Shown in pieces: positions 8,187 to 26,154 of a DNA stretch of 32,000 nt (position 1 is the stretch's first letter; every line of letters begins with the position of its first letter). The DNA comes from Myxococcota bacterium (GTDB taxonomy: Bacteria > Myxococcota_A > UBA796 > GCA-2862545): contig CBDCGT010000001.1 in the NCBI GenBank assembly GCA_965216925.1, positions 86,047 to 118,046 on the forward strand, in the 5' to 3' direction. The notes under the pieces are model-generated. The model was not told the DNA's origin. It saw only the letters and a list, made by a program, of their open reading frames with translations, and made no database searches. The position numbers and the translations under genes were made by a program.

Positions 8187-8614
8187 GGTTCCTGCTCTCG
8201 AAAATGCCCGCTGGCGCCACCCCGAGAAGCACTCATCCCGTGTACACGGAAGCTCTCGGCCGCGAGCGGCACATTCGGGAAGTGGTAGCAGCGCTTCTCT
8301 TCCCACGACTCGGACTCGGTGACCTCACCGAAGACGTCCTGGAGCTCGCCGAGGGTCATCGCGATGGCCCACGGAGCCACGCCCTTCGGCCGGATGTACT
8401 GCACGAGGATTCCGTCTGGTGGCAGCATCTCCCAGGCGTCTCGCTTCATGTGCACGCGGGTGCTGGAGTAGGCGACCAGCACGGTGTCGCCGATGTGATG
8501 CCGCTGGGGCCGTGTTCCCGGGTCGCCACGCTCGAGCAGGGCTCGAACAGCCGGGTGCGCCACCACGCTTCCGCGCGATGCCGGCCGTGTCCAGCGGCGC
8601 CGAGGGCCCCCCAC
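8183..8614 (-). CDS. Hypothetical protein (up to 143 aa) wedged between brxD and brxHI
   Basis: Strong G/C third-position bias through the body (…HIGDTVLVAYSSTRVHMKRDAWEMLPPDGILVQYIRPKGVAPWAIAMTLGELQDVFGEV…). GTG 8614 lies 3 nt after the brxD stop, and the TGA overlaps the brxHI GTG. No family recognised, and the exact start is uncertain. Confidence 0.6.
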   Translation of the reverse strand: MGGPRRRWTRPASRGSVVAHPAVRALLERGDPGTRPQRHHIGDTVLVAYSSTRVHMKRDAWEMLPPDGILVQYIRPKGVAPWAIAMTLGELQDVFGEVTESESWEEKRCYHFPNVPLAAESFRVHGMSASRGGASGHFREQEP

Positions 8615-8617
8615 GGG

Positions 8618-12797
<4,180 letters not shown>

Positions 12798-12801
<4 letters not shown>

Positions 12802-13430
12802 GGGTCCTTCCGCGCGATGGAATCGGTCAGCCTGTAGAAGCTTGTTGTTGGATTCCGGCCGGACTCGTCCATCTCGTCGGCGTCTTCATCGAGTGCGCGG
12901 GCGCGTCTGGTGGCATCGCCGACCCCCGCCGCGACCGTCGTGAAGGTGAGACCCTTGTCGTAGCTCGGAATGAACGAGGCCAGCATCGCCTGGACATCGT
13001 GGCGGTGTCTGGCCCCAGGGCTGTCCCGGAAGTGTAGGAGGAGCCAGAGCTCTATGCATGGGTTCGAGACGGCCAATTTGAAGGCGTTGGCTCTGGCCAT
13101 CGTGCAGGCGTCATGGAAGCGCTCGTGCTCATCCCGGTCGAACACGCACCATACTTCGTCGAACTTCAGGTAGTCGTCGCCGTGTTGCTTCGCCTGCCGA
13201 GCGGCGTCCTCTGCCAGCGCCTTGGCGATTTCCACCACCTTCTTGGGGTCGCCCTGTTCATTGGGGATGGCGACCTCCACGGACGCGTTGCGGACATGCC
13301 GTTGATAGCCCTTGATGTACTCGGGCTCCGTCCGCTTGCCCTCACAGACTACCAGTAGCCTCCGTCGAGGATCCCGGGTTGCAGCACGCCTTGCCGAACG
13401 ACGGGCTCGGTTTCTCCGGTTGCTCCCCAT
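12798..13430 (-). CDS. RloB-like (AbiLii-type, Toprim-like) protein (210 aa)
   Basis: Hallmark RloB motifs: LLVVCEGKRTEPEYIKGY, VWCVFDRDEH, KLAVSNPCIELWLLLHF. The start is set at ATG 13430, 4 nt after the ATPase stop. The track start at 13568 overlaps the ATPase gene. Confidence 0.85.
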
Positions 13431-13434
13431 TCCG

Positions 13435-14712
13435 CTACTCCGGCACGCGTGTGAGGTCGCCCAGGAAGGGAATGGCACCGTAGCGCCCCTGTAGGTAGCC
13501 GCGCTCCAGGTTTTCCGCCTTTCTCGGCTTGTAATCCGTGAGTGGATAGGCGCAGGTTGCCCCCTCATTGCTCTTCTCGGTCAGCCAGACCTGATCACGA
13601 CGCAATGCGGTCTCACCGGTGGTCGTCCCCAGAAGATTGGTGTCGTGCGTGGTGAAGAGCAGCTGGGCATTTCGCGGGTTGGTGGCCGGATCGTTGAACT
13701 GCTGCAGCACCCTGAGAGCGAGGAGAGGGTGGAGGCTCGCCTCCAGCTCATCGACAACGAGTAGGCCTCCCCGGTGTAGAACGTCGAGGAGCTCTGGGCC
13801 CAGTTGAAAAAGGGTCAGGGTGCCTTGGGACTCCTCTTCGAGGGGCAGCCAGGCTTCCTCCGAGGCGCTTTGGTGACGGACGAGGATTCCCTCGCGCCGC
13901 CACGGTGGTCGGTCGCTAGACTCCTCGTCCGCGGACTCGAGTTTGAAGTCCAAGATACCGACATCCGCTGCCTGGAGAAGGTCGCGGAACGAGTCTAGGC
14001 GACCGTCCTCCTCCCGCTCAAACAGAGTCGTCTGTGTGCGACCGTTGGCTCTCTGGGCAAGGGCGCGGCGGAACCAGTTGCGCCGGAAGAGCCCCAGACC
14101 TCGATGCCTGTTTCGGCGACCACCGACTGCACCTACGCTCCGGAACCACCAGTAGATGGGTGCGAGCTGCTGGTGCTTGTGCTGCACGGCCGCCGCGAGG
14201 AACAGGGCATTGGGTCGCGTGACCTGCTCGACCAGACGGTTCTCGCCATGAAGGTGATCACCGAACTTGAAGTCGTCCCCTTCGCGCTCGAACCAGGTTT
14301 GCTTCCGCCCCCGCGGCCAGGCGTACAGCCACTCCTCGAGGAACCGCTCATCGTCCGCGACGAAGCCGTACCGGTAGCGCACCTCATCGACGAGGATGGT
14401 GACCTCGAACAACGATGGCTCCTGCGTCTTGGTGCCCCAGGCGAACGGCTCTCTGGGGACGCCTCCCTCCGGAGCCCATGCGCGATGAGACATCATTACC
14501 GCGTTGCCCATGAAGCTCATCGCTGCCAGAAGATTGCTCTTGCCGCTCGCATTCGCTCCGTAGACTGCTGCAGCGGGAAGAAGAGGAGTTTCGTGCCCCG
14601 GGACCTTGCGCGGTCGCTGGTCGCTCGCATCCCCGCCACGCCCTGCTTCCATGGTCACCACCTGCTCATCTCGGATTGAGCGGTGGTTCTCGACGCGAAA
14701 CTCGATGAGCAT
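13435..14712 (-). CDS. RloA/AbiLi-like ABC-type (AAA_21-like) ATPase (425 aa)
   Basis: MLIEFRVENHRSIRDEQ..., Walker A YGANASGKSNLL, Walker B/D-loop LLVVDELEASLHP, H-loop LFTTHDTNLL. The start is ATG 14712, with GGAGG 6 nt upstream. Confidence 0.85.
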   Translation of the reverse strand: MLIEFRVENHRSIRDEQVVTMEAGRGGDASDQRPRKVPGHETPLLPAAAVYGANASGKSNLLAAMSFMGNAVMMSHRAWAPEGGVPREPFAWGTKTQEPSLFEVTILVDEVRYRYGFVADDERFLEEWLYAWPRGRKQTWFEREGDDFKFGDHLHGENRLVEQVTRPNALFLAAAVQHKHQQLAPIYWWFRSVGAVGGRRNRHRGLGLFRRNWFRRALAQRANGRTQTTLFEREEDGRLDSFRDLLQAADVGILDFKLESADEESSDRPPWRREGILVRHQSASEEAWLPLEEESQGTLTLFQLGPELLDVLHRGGLLVVDELEASLHPLLALRVLQQFNDPATNPRNAQLLFTTHDTNLLGTTTGETALRRDQVWLTEKSNEGATCAYPLTDYKPRKAENLERGYLQGRYGAIPFLGDLTRVPE

Positions 14713-14814
14713 CGTGGACCTCCGCCCGCATCCTATGCGTGTCACGTCGTGATTTCTGCAATGAATTTGCGGATTCGGAGAGGTAAGCGGGCCGTCCGCG
14801 GGTTTAGGGTGGCG

Positions 14815-19037
<4,223 letters not shown>

Positions 19038-19041
<4 letters not shown>

Positions 19042-20537
19042 TGGGGGGCTCCGACTGCCGTGCGTAGCAGTGACTCGGTCTGCTCGACGAGGTGCGGGTG
19101 ATTCCAGTTCTCTGGGCCGAGGACGACCAAGACGGCGGTGTCGTCGAGTCGCGGGGTCGGCCCGTCGACACCCCACGCGGCGGTTGCGCGTGCCCACCGC
19201 TCGTCGCGAAGACCGGTTGGTCCCTCGATGTTGAAACGTAGCGCGGCGAGGTCTTCATCGACGCGTGCTCGCAGGCGAGCGCTGTGTGGAAGTACACCGG
19301 TGCGCGTCAACCATCCCCCCTCGGTCCACTGGAAACGACGCCTGCCCGCCTCGTCCCGCCCGACGAGTCGAAGCAGGATCTCGGAGACGGAACGATAGAG
19401 CGCACGTGAGACCGGGCTCCACGCCCGAATTCCGCGTCTAAGCTCAGGAATATGCAACCGGGGCGCGTGTGGGGACGACGCGGCACCGCGCGTATTCCAG
19501 GCGCGGTCTGGCGTCAGTCGGTGCAGCTGGCGAAGCGCTGATCGGCCGTGTGCGAGCGCGGCGGCGAAGTCGGCCTTCCGTAGCGTGCGGTTGCCGTCAG
19601 AGGTCAGAATGTCGAGTATGTACCAGCGCTTTTCTCCGGCCGCTCGACGCCAAGGCGTCGTCTCATTCCTCAGCGCCCGTGCCAGGGCCTTGTTGGCATA
19701 GATTTCGAGCTTCCATCGGACCCTCTGCGCGGCGCTGCCGGCATCGATCGAGAGGCACAACCCCTGGATCGCGGTCCCTGGGAGGGAGCTGTTGAACCAC
19801 AGTCCAGGTCCCCACCCTTCGCTGGGATCGCATCGGAGCTTCTTCCGCTGCAGTGACCGCTCGAGCTTCGTTCGGATGGCGTTGTTTGGCCCCAACGCCA
19901 CCAGAACCGCCTCTAGCTTCTCCTTGAGTCGGGGAAAGCGCTTCATGAGCTGGTCTGCCCTGTTCCAGGCATCCGCTTCGAGGGCGAGGCGGGCGTCGCC
20001 TACTTGAGCTCGCAGCATGAGATCCCGCAGGTCTCGCCGCGAGGCTCTCTGTGCCTTGGAGCCTGCGGCAAGGCCCTCCAGCACGTCGTCCCAGGTCAGG
20101 ACCGGCGACGAAGTCGGGCATCGACCTGCCCGGCGCCTTTCTACGAGCGAGACGACGAGCGCCCCCGGGAACGCCGTTCGGTAGCTGTCGAGCTGCTCTT
20201 CTGACGGCTCGTCGTCACCGACCTTGGCTTCGAGAACCAACAGTGCTGATTGCGCCACTCCGAGGAGACATAGGACGACGTCTGCCCGAACAGCACGGTC
20301 CTCCTCGGCGAGCCACACGGTCACCTGTGTCTGAACCTCGACGCGTCCATTCCAACTGCGTGGCGCCGACCAGCTCCCCAGGCGTCCGTGTTGACCCAGA
20401 ACGCGGTCCACCAGGAACCGGGTCAGTCGCCTATCGCGCTCCAGCTGACGGCCGAGGCACAGGCTGACGAAATCCTCCCTCGGAACCCGCTTGGTCGCCC
20501 GTGTGAGCTGATACAGCTGATCGAGGAAGCCCTCCAC
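19038..20537 (-). CDS. Hypothetical protein (499 aa) with an N-terminal PD-(D/E)xK (RecB-like) nuclease-type motif set, inserted between brxC and pglX
   Basis: N-terminal roughly 170 aa contain RADVVLCLLG...LLVLEAKVGDDEPSEEQLDSY, i.e. D...E-x-K followed by Q-x3-Y as in RecB-family nucleases. The remaining roughly 330 aa are not recognisable. The start is set at GTG 20537, 1 nt after the brxC TAG, and the stop overlaps the pglX ATG. Codons ending in A/T (CGA, GGA, TCA, CTA, GTA) are visibly more frequent than in flanking BREX genes. Confidence 0.6.
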
Positions 20538-20538
20538 G

Positions 20539-23500
20539 CTACACCAGCCGAATACGCACGCCGGCAGCAAGCTGCTTGGTGAGCCGTTCACGAATTTCAG
20601 TCAGGAGCGCTTCGACCTCTTCATCGGTCTCCAGCTCGCGGTTACGTAGCTTCAAGTTGACCTTGCGAATGATCGGTGTGGGCCCTGTGCTCAGCAGCTC
20701 ATCGAGCCGATCGTTGGCTTCGTCCTCTGCTCTGCGGAGAGCTACGACGAAGGGATCCTTCAGCGCTGCAAGGCTGGGCGCGACGGCGTCGGTCGTCGTC
20801 ACCGTCATGGCCTCGGTGATCGGCCTCAGCACGTGGTGCGATTGGTCGCCGGTGAGCGTGCTGAAGCCGTTTCGCACCTTGACTCGGCTACGAGCTTCAT
20901 CGGCCTCGTCTCCCTGCCACGTGAGGCGTCGCTGCCGCTCGGCCGTGTACGCATCGCGAATGGCCTTCAGGTCGGCCTCCAGGGATGAGACGTCCCGCCA
21001 TGGGCGCTTGCCGTCGAGGTGTGCGGTGACCCGATCACCGGCTTCCCCGACCTCGGAGCTGAGAGCGCCGCTGTCCCGTAGCTGGGCGAGCTGGTGGTCC
21101 CTGACGCGGCCAGCCGTCACGACATCCTGGATAGCCTGTGATGTGAGCTCGGCATCGTAGATGTTCAGCAGCTGGATGCCGTCTCGAAGCTCATCCAGGC
21201 GCCGCTTGACGAGCTGCACGGTCGGCTTGGTCTGTCGGCTGGAAGCTACGCACCGCTCGAGAACGTCCTGGAGCTTTGCCAGGGCCTCGGGGACTCCGCC
21301 ATGGCCTGGTAGCTGGTCGATGCGCTCGAGCACGCTGCGCAGGCGGCGTGCCTGCCCTGGGAAGAGCTGTGACACGGCGTCGGCGATGGCGTGGTCTTCG
21401 CGGTCCATCTGGTGGTCGAGCTGCTTGGCGAAGAAGCTGCAGATCTTCGCGCGAGCCTGGAACCCGATGTCGTCCTCGCCCGAGGGAAAGAACGAGGCCC
21501 GCCGGAAGCCGCGGTCCTTGTCGAACAGGTCGCGAACGCCGGCGTCTCGGATGGCGGTGATCTCGGCCCCGCCGTCAGGCTGCACCCGGAGCTTGCCGGC
21601 ACGCAGAAGTCCGGCGACACACGCCTTCACGACGTTGGCGGTGTAGCCATACGGTGGGCCGCCGAAGTGCGCGAGCAGCGTCGTGCCACCCAGGCCACCC
21701 TCGGCCTCGATGTACTCCTGTACCCGCCGAGGAACGACGCCAGCGCAGGTAGGCACGTGTCGGCCGGCATCGAGCTCGAGGATGCCGAGCTCGCCAGACA
21801 AGAACTTCGGCGACGGCCCCGACAGCTCGCTCTCGACGAGCTGCATGAGCTCGCTCGGCGCGATGTTCGTGGCCACGATGTGCGGGAACAGGTCGGGCAG
21901 GGTTCGTGTGGCTGCTTGGCTCAGGGCGGCGGGGAAGGTGGGGCCATGCTCCTTCGGATCGATGGCACGACCGCGGAAGTACATGCGGCCGGCCAGCCAG
22001 GCGTGTGCGACCGCTTCACGCACCCGTGGCTCGAGGTCTTCGACCCGGTTCTCTTCTTGCTGCAGCAGCAGTTTGCGAGCGGCGTTCAGGGACTCGCGCC
22101 GCGGTTTGTACTTGTCGACCATCTTTCGGGAACGGGCGAGATCCCGAGCCTTCTCGTCGATCTGGTCGGTGTCGCCGCAGACCCATACCAGGCGGTTCTC
22201 GAGAGCGGTCTCGGCGCTCCGCTTCACCCAGGTGCTCTCGGTGCGCTCGTCCTTGGCCACGAACCGGAAGTCCACGCGCATTGCGGCGTCATCGCGCGGG
22301 TCGACGACGATGGCATCGTCGAGTCGCCGCCCATCCGAGAGAACGCCGGCCCAGGGGAAGGGACGGCCGCCCATTCGGGGACGGTCTGGGCGTGCGAGCA
22401 GGTACTTCAGCGCGTCCATGACAATGTCGCTGATGACTTCTCGGGGAACGCCGAGGTCGCGTCGGTCTCGCTCCCATTCCTCGCCGGCCGAGGACTGAAT
22501 CTTGTAGCCGTGCTTCTCGGAGTACCCCAGCAGGTTGCGTCGCTTGAGCTCCTCGAGCGCCTCGGTCACCGCCGGCACGTTGTTGCCGAGGTCGACGCGG
22601 TCGTACAGGCATTGGGCCACGAGCTTCGCGTCGGTCGCGATGGTGTCCTGGATGAGCTCGAGAAGGGCCACGGCCTTGGCCGCGCGAACCAGGAGTCCGG
22701 AGTCGTCGTTGGCGCACTGATTGAGGATGCGGGCCATGCTGGCCTGCACATCGGAGTCGAGCGCGGTGTGCTGCACCTCGTAGATCTGGTCGAGGGTGAC
22801 CAGCGTGCCGACCGGCATCTCGGCCAGCTTCTGATCGCGGAACAGCTCGCCGAGCAGCTGCAGCAGCCCTCGGATGGCCTGGTCGTCGCCCTGGGCCCGA
22901 CTCGAGCGGGTGCGAAGGGCGCTCGTGATCTGCAGCAGCAGGTCGATGTGCCCCGGCAGCATCGGGTAGACCTCGACGAACTCCTCGGGCGTGACCGCTT
23001 CACAGCCGTAGGCGTACAGCTTCAGGCTCGGCCGATTCGCGTCGAACATCGACCGAAGATCAGCCTCGGCAGACGACTTCTTCTGCAGCAGGCGCTTGTG
23101 CACGACGTCGCGGATGTTGGTCGCGTGGAGGTGCACGCGCAACTTCGGGGGGAAGCGGTCTTTGGCCCACACGAGAAAGCTGTTGCCGGCCTGCTGGTCG
23201 ATCATCTGCTGGCCGAGTGCGAGCAGCCACACCGCGCCCTTCTGCCGAGCGCCGAGCGCCGAGGTGAAGGCACGCAGGCGGTCGACCCGGTCGGAGTGAC
23301 CGAGCACGTACTGGGAGACCTCGTCGATGACCAGGAAGAGCGTCGAGCCGGGGCGGCGGAAGCCGACCATGTCTCCGATCGCGCGAACGGCCTCTTCGGG
23401 AGACTCCGCACGAGCATGGGTGCCCGCCCGCGCGATGAACCAGCTCATCGGGTCGGTGTAGCGCTCCGGGTACATGGCGTTCATCACCTGGGAGAAGGCT

Positions 23501-24168
23501 TCCTCGGCCAGTGCGCTGTCCTTCACCGCCGACCACGGCTCGCCCAGGGCCTCTGCGGCGACCTTCTCGAAGCGAGCCCACTCGCCGTCGCGCTCGAGCG
23601 CGAGCTCGAAGTCGGCCACCAGGGGCTCCGTGGTGCAGTACCCCAACCGGGTCTGCACCTGCCGGACCGCGGCGGCGTGGATCTGCTCGTTGTCTCGGGC
23701 GATGCCGCCGATGTCGAACACGACCGCGATGGGGTCGATCTTCTGACGCAGCGTGGCCCAGGCACTTCGAAGCTCGTCGGCCCTGGGTGACGTGTCCCGC
23801 GCGAGCCACGCCTCGGCCAACGACCGTCCGTCGGGCAAAGCCACGCCGTCGAGGGAGAGTCCGAGGAGCTTCGCGAAGCTCGACTTACCGGATCCGTAGA
23901 AGCCAGAGATCCAAGCCGTCGGCAGCTCGGGCCCGCCCTTCTTGTCGAGCTCCTCGGAGATGCTGCGCAACAGTCGCGTGTACTGCTCGTGAATTCCGTT
24001 CGGAACCCGCTTGTGGTTCGGGTGTTCGGCAGGCCAGCCGCCGGTGATGATGTACTCGGACACCTCATCCGCGAGCTTCTCGGGGCTCTGCTCGTGGAAG
24101 TACACGACCGGGGGGATGTCGCGGGTGACGTCAGAGACGAACAGTTCTCGAATCAGCATGGTGCTCAC
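20539..24168 (-). CDS. brxC: BREX P-loop ATPase BrxC/PglY (1209 aa)
   Basis: N-terminus MLIRELFVSDVTRDIPPVVYFHEQSPEKLADEVSEYIITGG and Walker A GFYGSGKSSFAKLLG (nt about 23866-23904) are typical of BrxC. The GTG start at 24168 overlaps the brxB TGA. Confidence 0.9.
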   Translation of the reverse strand: MSTMLIRELFVSDVTRDIPPVVYFHEQSPEKLADEVSEYIITGGWPAEHPNHKRVPNGIHEQYTRLLRSISEELDKKGGPELPTAWISGFYGSGKSSFAKLLGLSLDGVALPDGRSLAEAWLARDTSPRADELRSAWATLRQKIDPIAVVFDIGGIARDNEQIHAAAVRQVQTRLGYCTTEPLVADFELALERDGEWARFEKVAAEALGEPWSAVKDSALAEEAFSQVMNAMYPERYTDPMSWFIARAGTHARAESPEEAVRAIGDMVGFRRPGSTLFLVIDEVSQYVLGHSDRVDRLRAFTSALGARQKGAVWLLALGQQMIDQQAGNSFLVWAKDRFPPKLRVHLHATNIRDVVHKRLLQKKSSAEADLRSMFDANRPSLKLYAYGCEAVTPEEFVEVYPMLPGHIDLLLQITSALRTRSSRAQGDDQAIRGLLQLLGELFRDQKLAEMPVGTLVTLDQIYEVQHTALDSDVQASMARILNQCANDDSGLLVRAAKAVALLELIQDTIATDAKLVAQCLYDRVDLGNNVPAVTEALEELKRRNLLGYSEKHGYKIQSSAGEEWERDRRDLGVPREVISDIVMDALKYLLARPDRPRMGGRPFPWAGVLSDGRRLDDAIVVDPRDDAAMRVDFRFVAKDERTESTWVKRSAETALENRLVWVCGDTDQIDEKARDLARSRKMVDKYKPRRESLNAARKLLLQQEENRVEDLEPRVREAVAHAWLAGRMYFRGRAIDPKEHGPTFPAALSQAATRTLPDLFPHIVATNIAPSELMQLVESELSGPSPKFLSGELGILELDAGRHVPTCAGVVPRRVQEYIEAEGGLGGTTLLAHFGGPPYGYTANVVKACVAGLLRAGKLRVQPDGGAEITAIRDAGVRDLFDKDRGFRRASFFPSGEDDIGFQARAKICSFFAKQLDHQMDREDHAIADAVSQLFPGQARRLRSVLERIDQLPGHGGVPEALAKLQDVLERCVASSRQTKPTVQLVKRRLDELRDGIQLLNIYDAELTSQAIQDVVTAGRVRDHQLAQLRDSGALSSEVGEAGDRVTAHLDGKRPWRDVSSLEADLKAIRDAYTAERQRRLTWQGDEADEARSRVKVRNGFSTLTGDQSHHVLRPITEAMTVTTTDAVAPSLAALKDPFVVALRRAEDEANDRLDELLSTGPTPIIRKVNLKLRNRELETDEEVEALLTEIRERLTKQLAAGVRIRLV

Positions 24169-24806
24169 GGGTAGATTCGGGGGCGGTAGTCGTTGTCGGG
24201 GTTCAGGGTGCCCATGAAGGACAGGCCTGTCGGGCCGCGCCGCTCCCCTGGGTAGAGGAGCACGACCGGGACGTTGCTCGTGCGGCCGTCGAGGTGCCGC
24301 AGCAGCGCCGACGAGCGGAAGAACGGGTAGAGAGCCCCCGCCCGTCCAACGAGCGCCAGGGTGCGGTCGACCTTGTCGGGGTGGGCCTCGGCGAAGTCGG
24401 TGATGACGCGGCTGCAGTCGGCCGCAATGCCCTCGGGGCCCTCGATGAGCGGGGCGAGCTTGGACTTCAGGTAGTTCAGACCGCGCTCGTCATCGATCTC
24501 GCTCAACCGCTTTTCCATCTGGATGACGCGGTCGATCCACTCCTGACCCTGGTCGCGAGCCCGGTCGAGCAGCAGCTTCTGAAGGGAGATGGATATTACG
24601 ACCCAGCCGTGTGCCACGAGCTCGTTCGACAGCTTCTGAACCTCGCCTCGAAGCTCGAACTCCTCGGACGGGTCGTAGGGCACGATGGCGAATCGGTAGT
24701 TGCGCATCGTGCTGATGCGGGGCCCGTCCTCGTGCACCAGGTCCTCGCGCAACGCGGCGAGGGCGCGCTGGAATGGCTTGCGCTGGAAGAGAGGGGCGTC
24801 CTTCAC
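24165..24806 (-). CDS. brxB: BREX protein BrxB (DUF1788 family, 213 aa)
   Basis: Position between brxA and brxC. The sequence …RNYRFAIVPYDPSEEFELRGEVQKLSNELVAHGWVVISISLQKLLL…ALVGRAGALYPFFRSSALLRHLDGRTSNVPVVLLYPGER… fits BrxB. The start is GTG 24806, with GGAGG 6 nt upstream, overlapping the brxA TGA. The track ORF extends to 25340 through an out-of-frame shadow of brxA. Confidence 0.85.
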   Translation of the reverse strand: MKDAPLFQRKPFQRALAALREDLVHEDGPRISTMRNYRFAIVPYDPSEEFELRGEVQKLSNELVAHGWVVISISLQKLLLDRARDQGQEWIDRVIQMEKRLSEIDDERGLNYLKSKLAPLIEGPEGIAADCSRVITDFAEAHPDKVDRTLALVGRAGALYPFFRSSALLRHLDGRTSNVPVVLLYPGERRGPTGLSFMGTLNPDNDYRPRIYP

Positions 24807-25579
24807 CACCCACCTCCGGCGGCCTGTCCGTCGCCATCGGAGGCCCAGGCGGTCAGCGTCGGGTACTGCCAGCCGAAGTCCAGCAGATCGCCCTGCCGGC
24901 GGAAGCGCAACGCCTCGAGACCCTTCAGCCGGTCCTCGAGGAACGAGCCATCGAGGCCGACCGAACGGAAGTAGGGGTTGTCCAGGAGCGTGCCTTCGAT
25001 CTCGACCCCACGGAGCAGGTACACGCCGTAGGTGAGGGCGGAGTCGGTGACCCGGGGGATCAGGATCTTCCGTGGGCCGCGGTGCTTCTCGTCGAGCAAT
25101 CCGGCACCGGACGCGCACGAGAGCAGCTTGCTGGCGAACTGGATTCGGGTGGTCATCGTCCAGCGACCCGGCCCCTGCTCGGCGACCCACCCCACGACCA
25201 GGTCGCGGGTGACGTCGTCGCGGAACCCCTCGCGACGTTCGACCAGGTAGTCGCCGGTGAACTGCCGATACAGCGGGTCGGCGAGCTGCAGGTGCCAGTG
25301 GCAGATGATCTGCCGAGTCTCGGGGTCCATGTGCTGCCACTCGTGCAGCACGCGGAAGGCGTCGGGGTAGGCATCGAAGCGCAGGCGGAAGTTGCGGAGG
25401 AGCACCTGAACGCGAGCGAGGCTCTTGGCGCCAAACCAGTAGTTGTCGAAGGCCTCCTGGGCGTCAGCCACATGGCCAGGTGTTGCCTGCCGCCAGTAGG
25501 AGCGGCTGTCGTCGACCTCGAGCGCGCACTTCAGCAGGCGCGTGTGAATCTCGGTGGTCTCGACGGGCTGCTTGCTCAC
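24803..25579 (-). CDS. brxA: BREX protein BrxA (DUF1819 family, 258 aa)
   Basis: Position immediately upstream of brxB. The N-terminal IHTRLLKCALEVDDSRSYW and downstream YWFGAKSLARVQVLLRNFRLRF resemble DUF1819/BrxA. The GTG start at 25579 overlaps the upstream TGA. Confidence 0.75.
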   Translation of the reverse strand: MSKQPVETTEIHTRLLKCALEVDDSRSYWRQATPGHVADAQEAFDNYWFGAKSLARVQVLLRNFRLRFDAYPDAFRVLHEWQHMDPETRQIICHWHLQLADPLYRQFTGDYLVERREGFRDDVTRDLVVGWVAEQGPGRWTMTTRIQFASKLLSCASGAGLLDEKHRGPRKILIPRVTDSALTYGVYLLRGVEIEGTLLDNPYFRSVGLDGSFLEDRLKGLEALRFRRQGDLLDFGWQYPTLTAWASDGDGQAAGGGW

Positions 25580-26154
25580 GGCGTGCTCCGGTAGTGCGGC
25601 ATCGGGTAGGCGTCGCCCAACGGAGCCAGCGCCGCCACCAGGTGCTCGGTGGCGAGCTCGAGGGAGTCGGGCATCGTTCCCCGGATGCGACGCCCGGCGG
25701 GGGCCGTGACCGCGTCGGATTCGCGATGGGCGGATACCCAGCTCGCGAAGGCGTCGCGGTCCCAGTCTTCGGTGATGATCTCGCCAAGGCCCGGCAGTGC
25801 CTGCTTCGGGTCACGTCCGGCGCTCTTGAGGTCATGGAAGCGCTCGTCGAGCCGCTCGTCGATGTGGAACCCGAACCGGAGCAGGGTGCGTAGCTGGTCG
25901 GGGTCGGCGGCCTTGCCCCGGAGCGCAGCGTCTTGCCGGCGAGCGGCCTCACGAACCCCCTGGAGCACTGCCCAGCGCCAGGTGTGGGGCAGCAGCCGGC
26001 GGAAGAGGTCCTCGCCTCCGAACTCGTTGGCGAGGTCGGTGCGCCACCAGCCGAGACGCGGCTCGTCGCCACCTTCGCCGGCCCAGGCGACGGCCAGCTG
26101 GGCGGTGAGGATGAGGTCGAGGGTGGATGTGGGGATGGGGGATGTGGTGGTCAT
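25576..26154 (-). CDS. brxE: First gene of the BREX operon (192 aa), in the BrxE position of type 6 BREX. Function unknown.
   Basis: ATG 26154 (MTTTSPIPTSTLDLILTAQLAVAWAGEGG...) with GAGG upstream, good G/C third-position bias, and a stop overlapping the brxA start. Called BrxE by position only; I cannot verify homology from memory. The track ORF start at 26586 is an unlikely extension. Confidence 0.5.
   Translation of the reverse strand: MTTTSPIPTSTLDLILTAQLAVAWAGEGGDEPRLGWWRTDLANEFGGEDLFRRLLPHTWRWAVLQGVREAARRQDAALRGKAADPDQLRTLLRFGFHIDERLDERFHDLKSAGRDPKQALPGLGEIITEDWDRDAFASWVSAHRESDAVTAPAGRRIRGTMPDSLELATEHLVAALAPLGDAYPMPHYRSTP

Noticed and set aside
5733-8288. 851-aa plus-strand ORF opposite brxHI
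   Set aside because: It is antisense to a helicase with complete DExH motifs. Its composition is Ala/Arg/Gly/Leu/Val-biased and no domain is recognisable. The same reasoning applies to 10099-11757, 15160-16290, 16633-17766, 17881-19101 and 21391-23790 on the plus strand.
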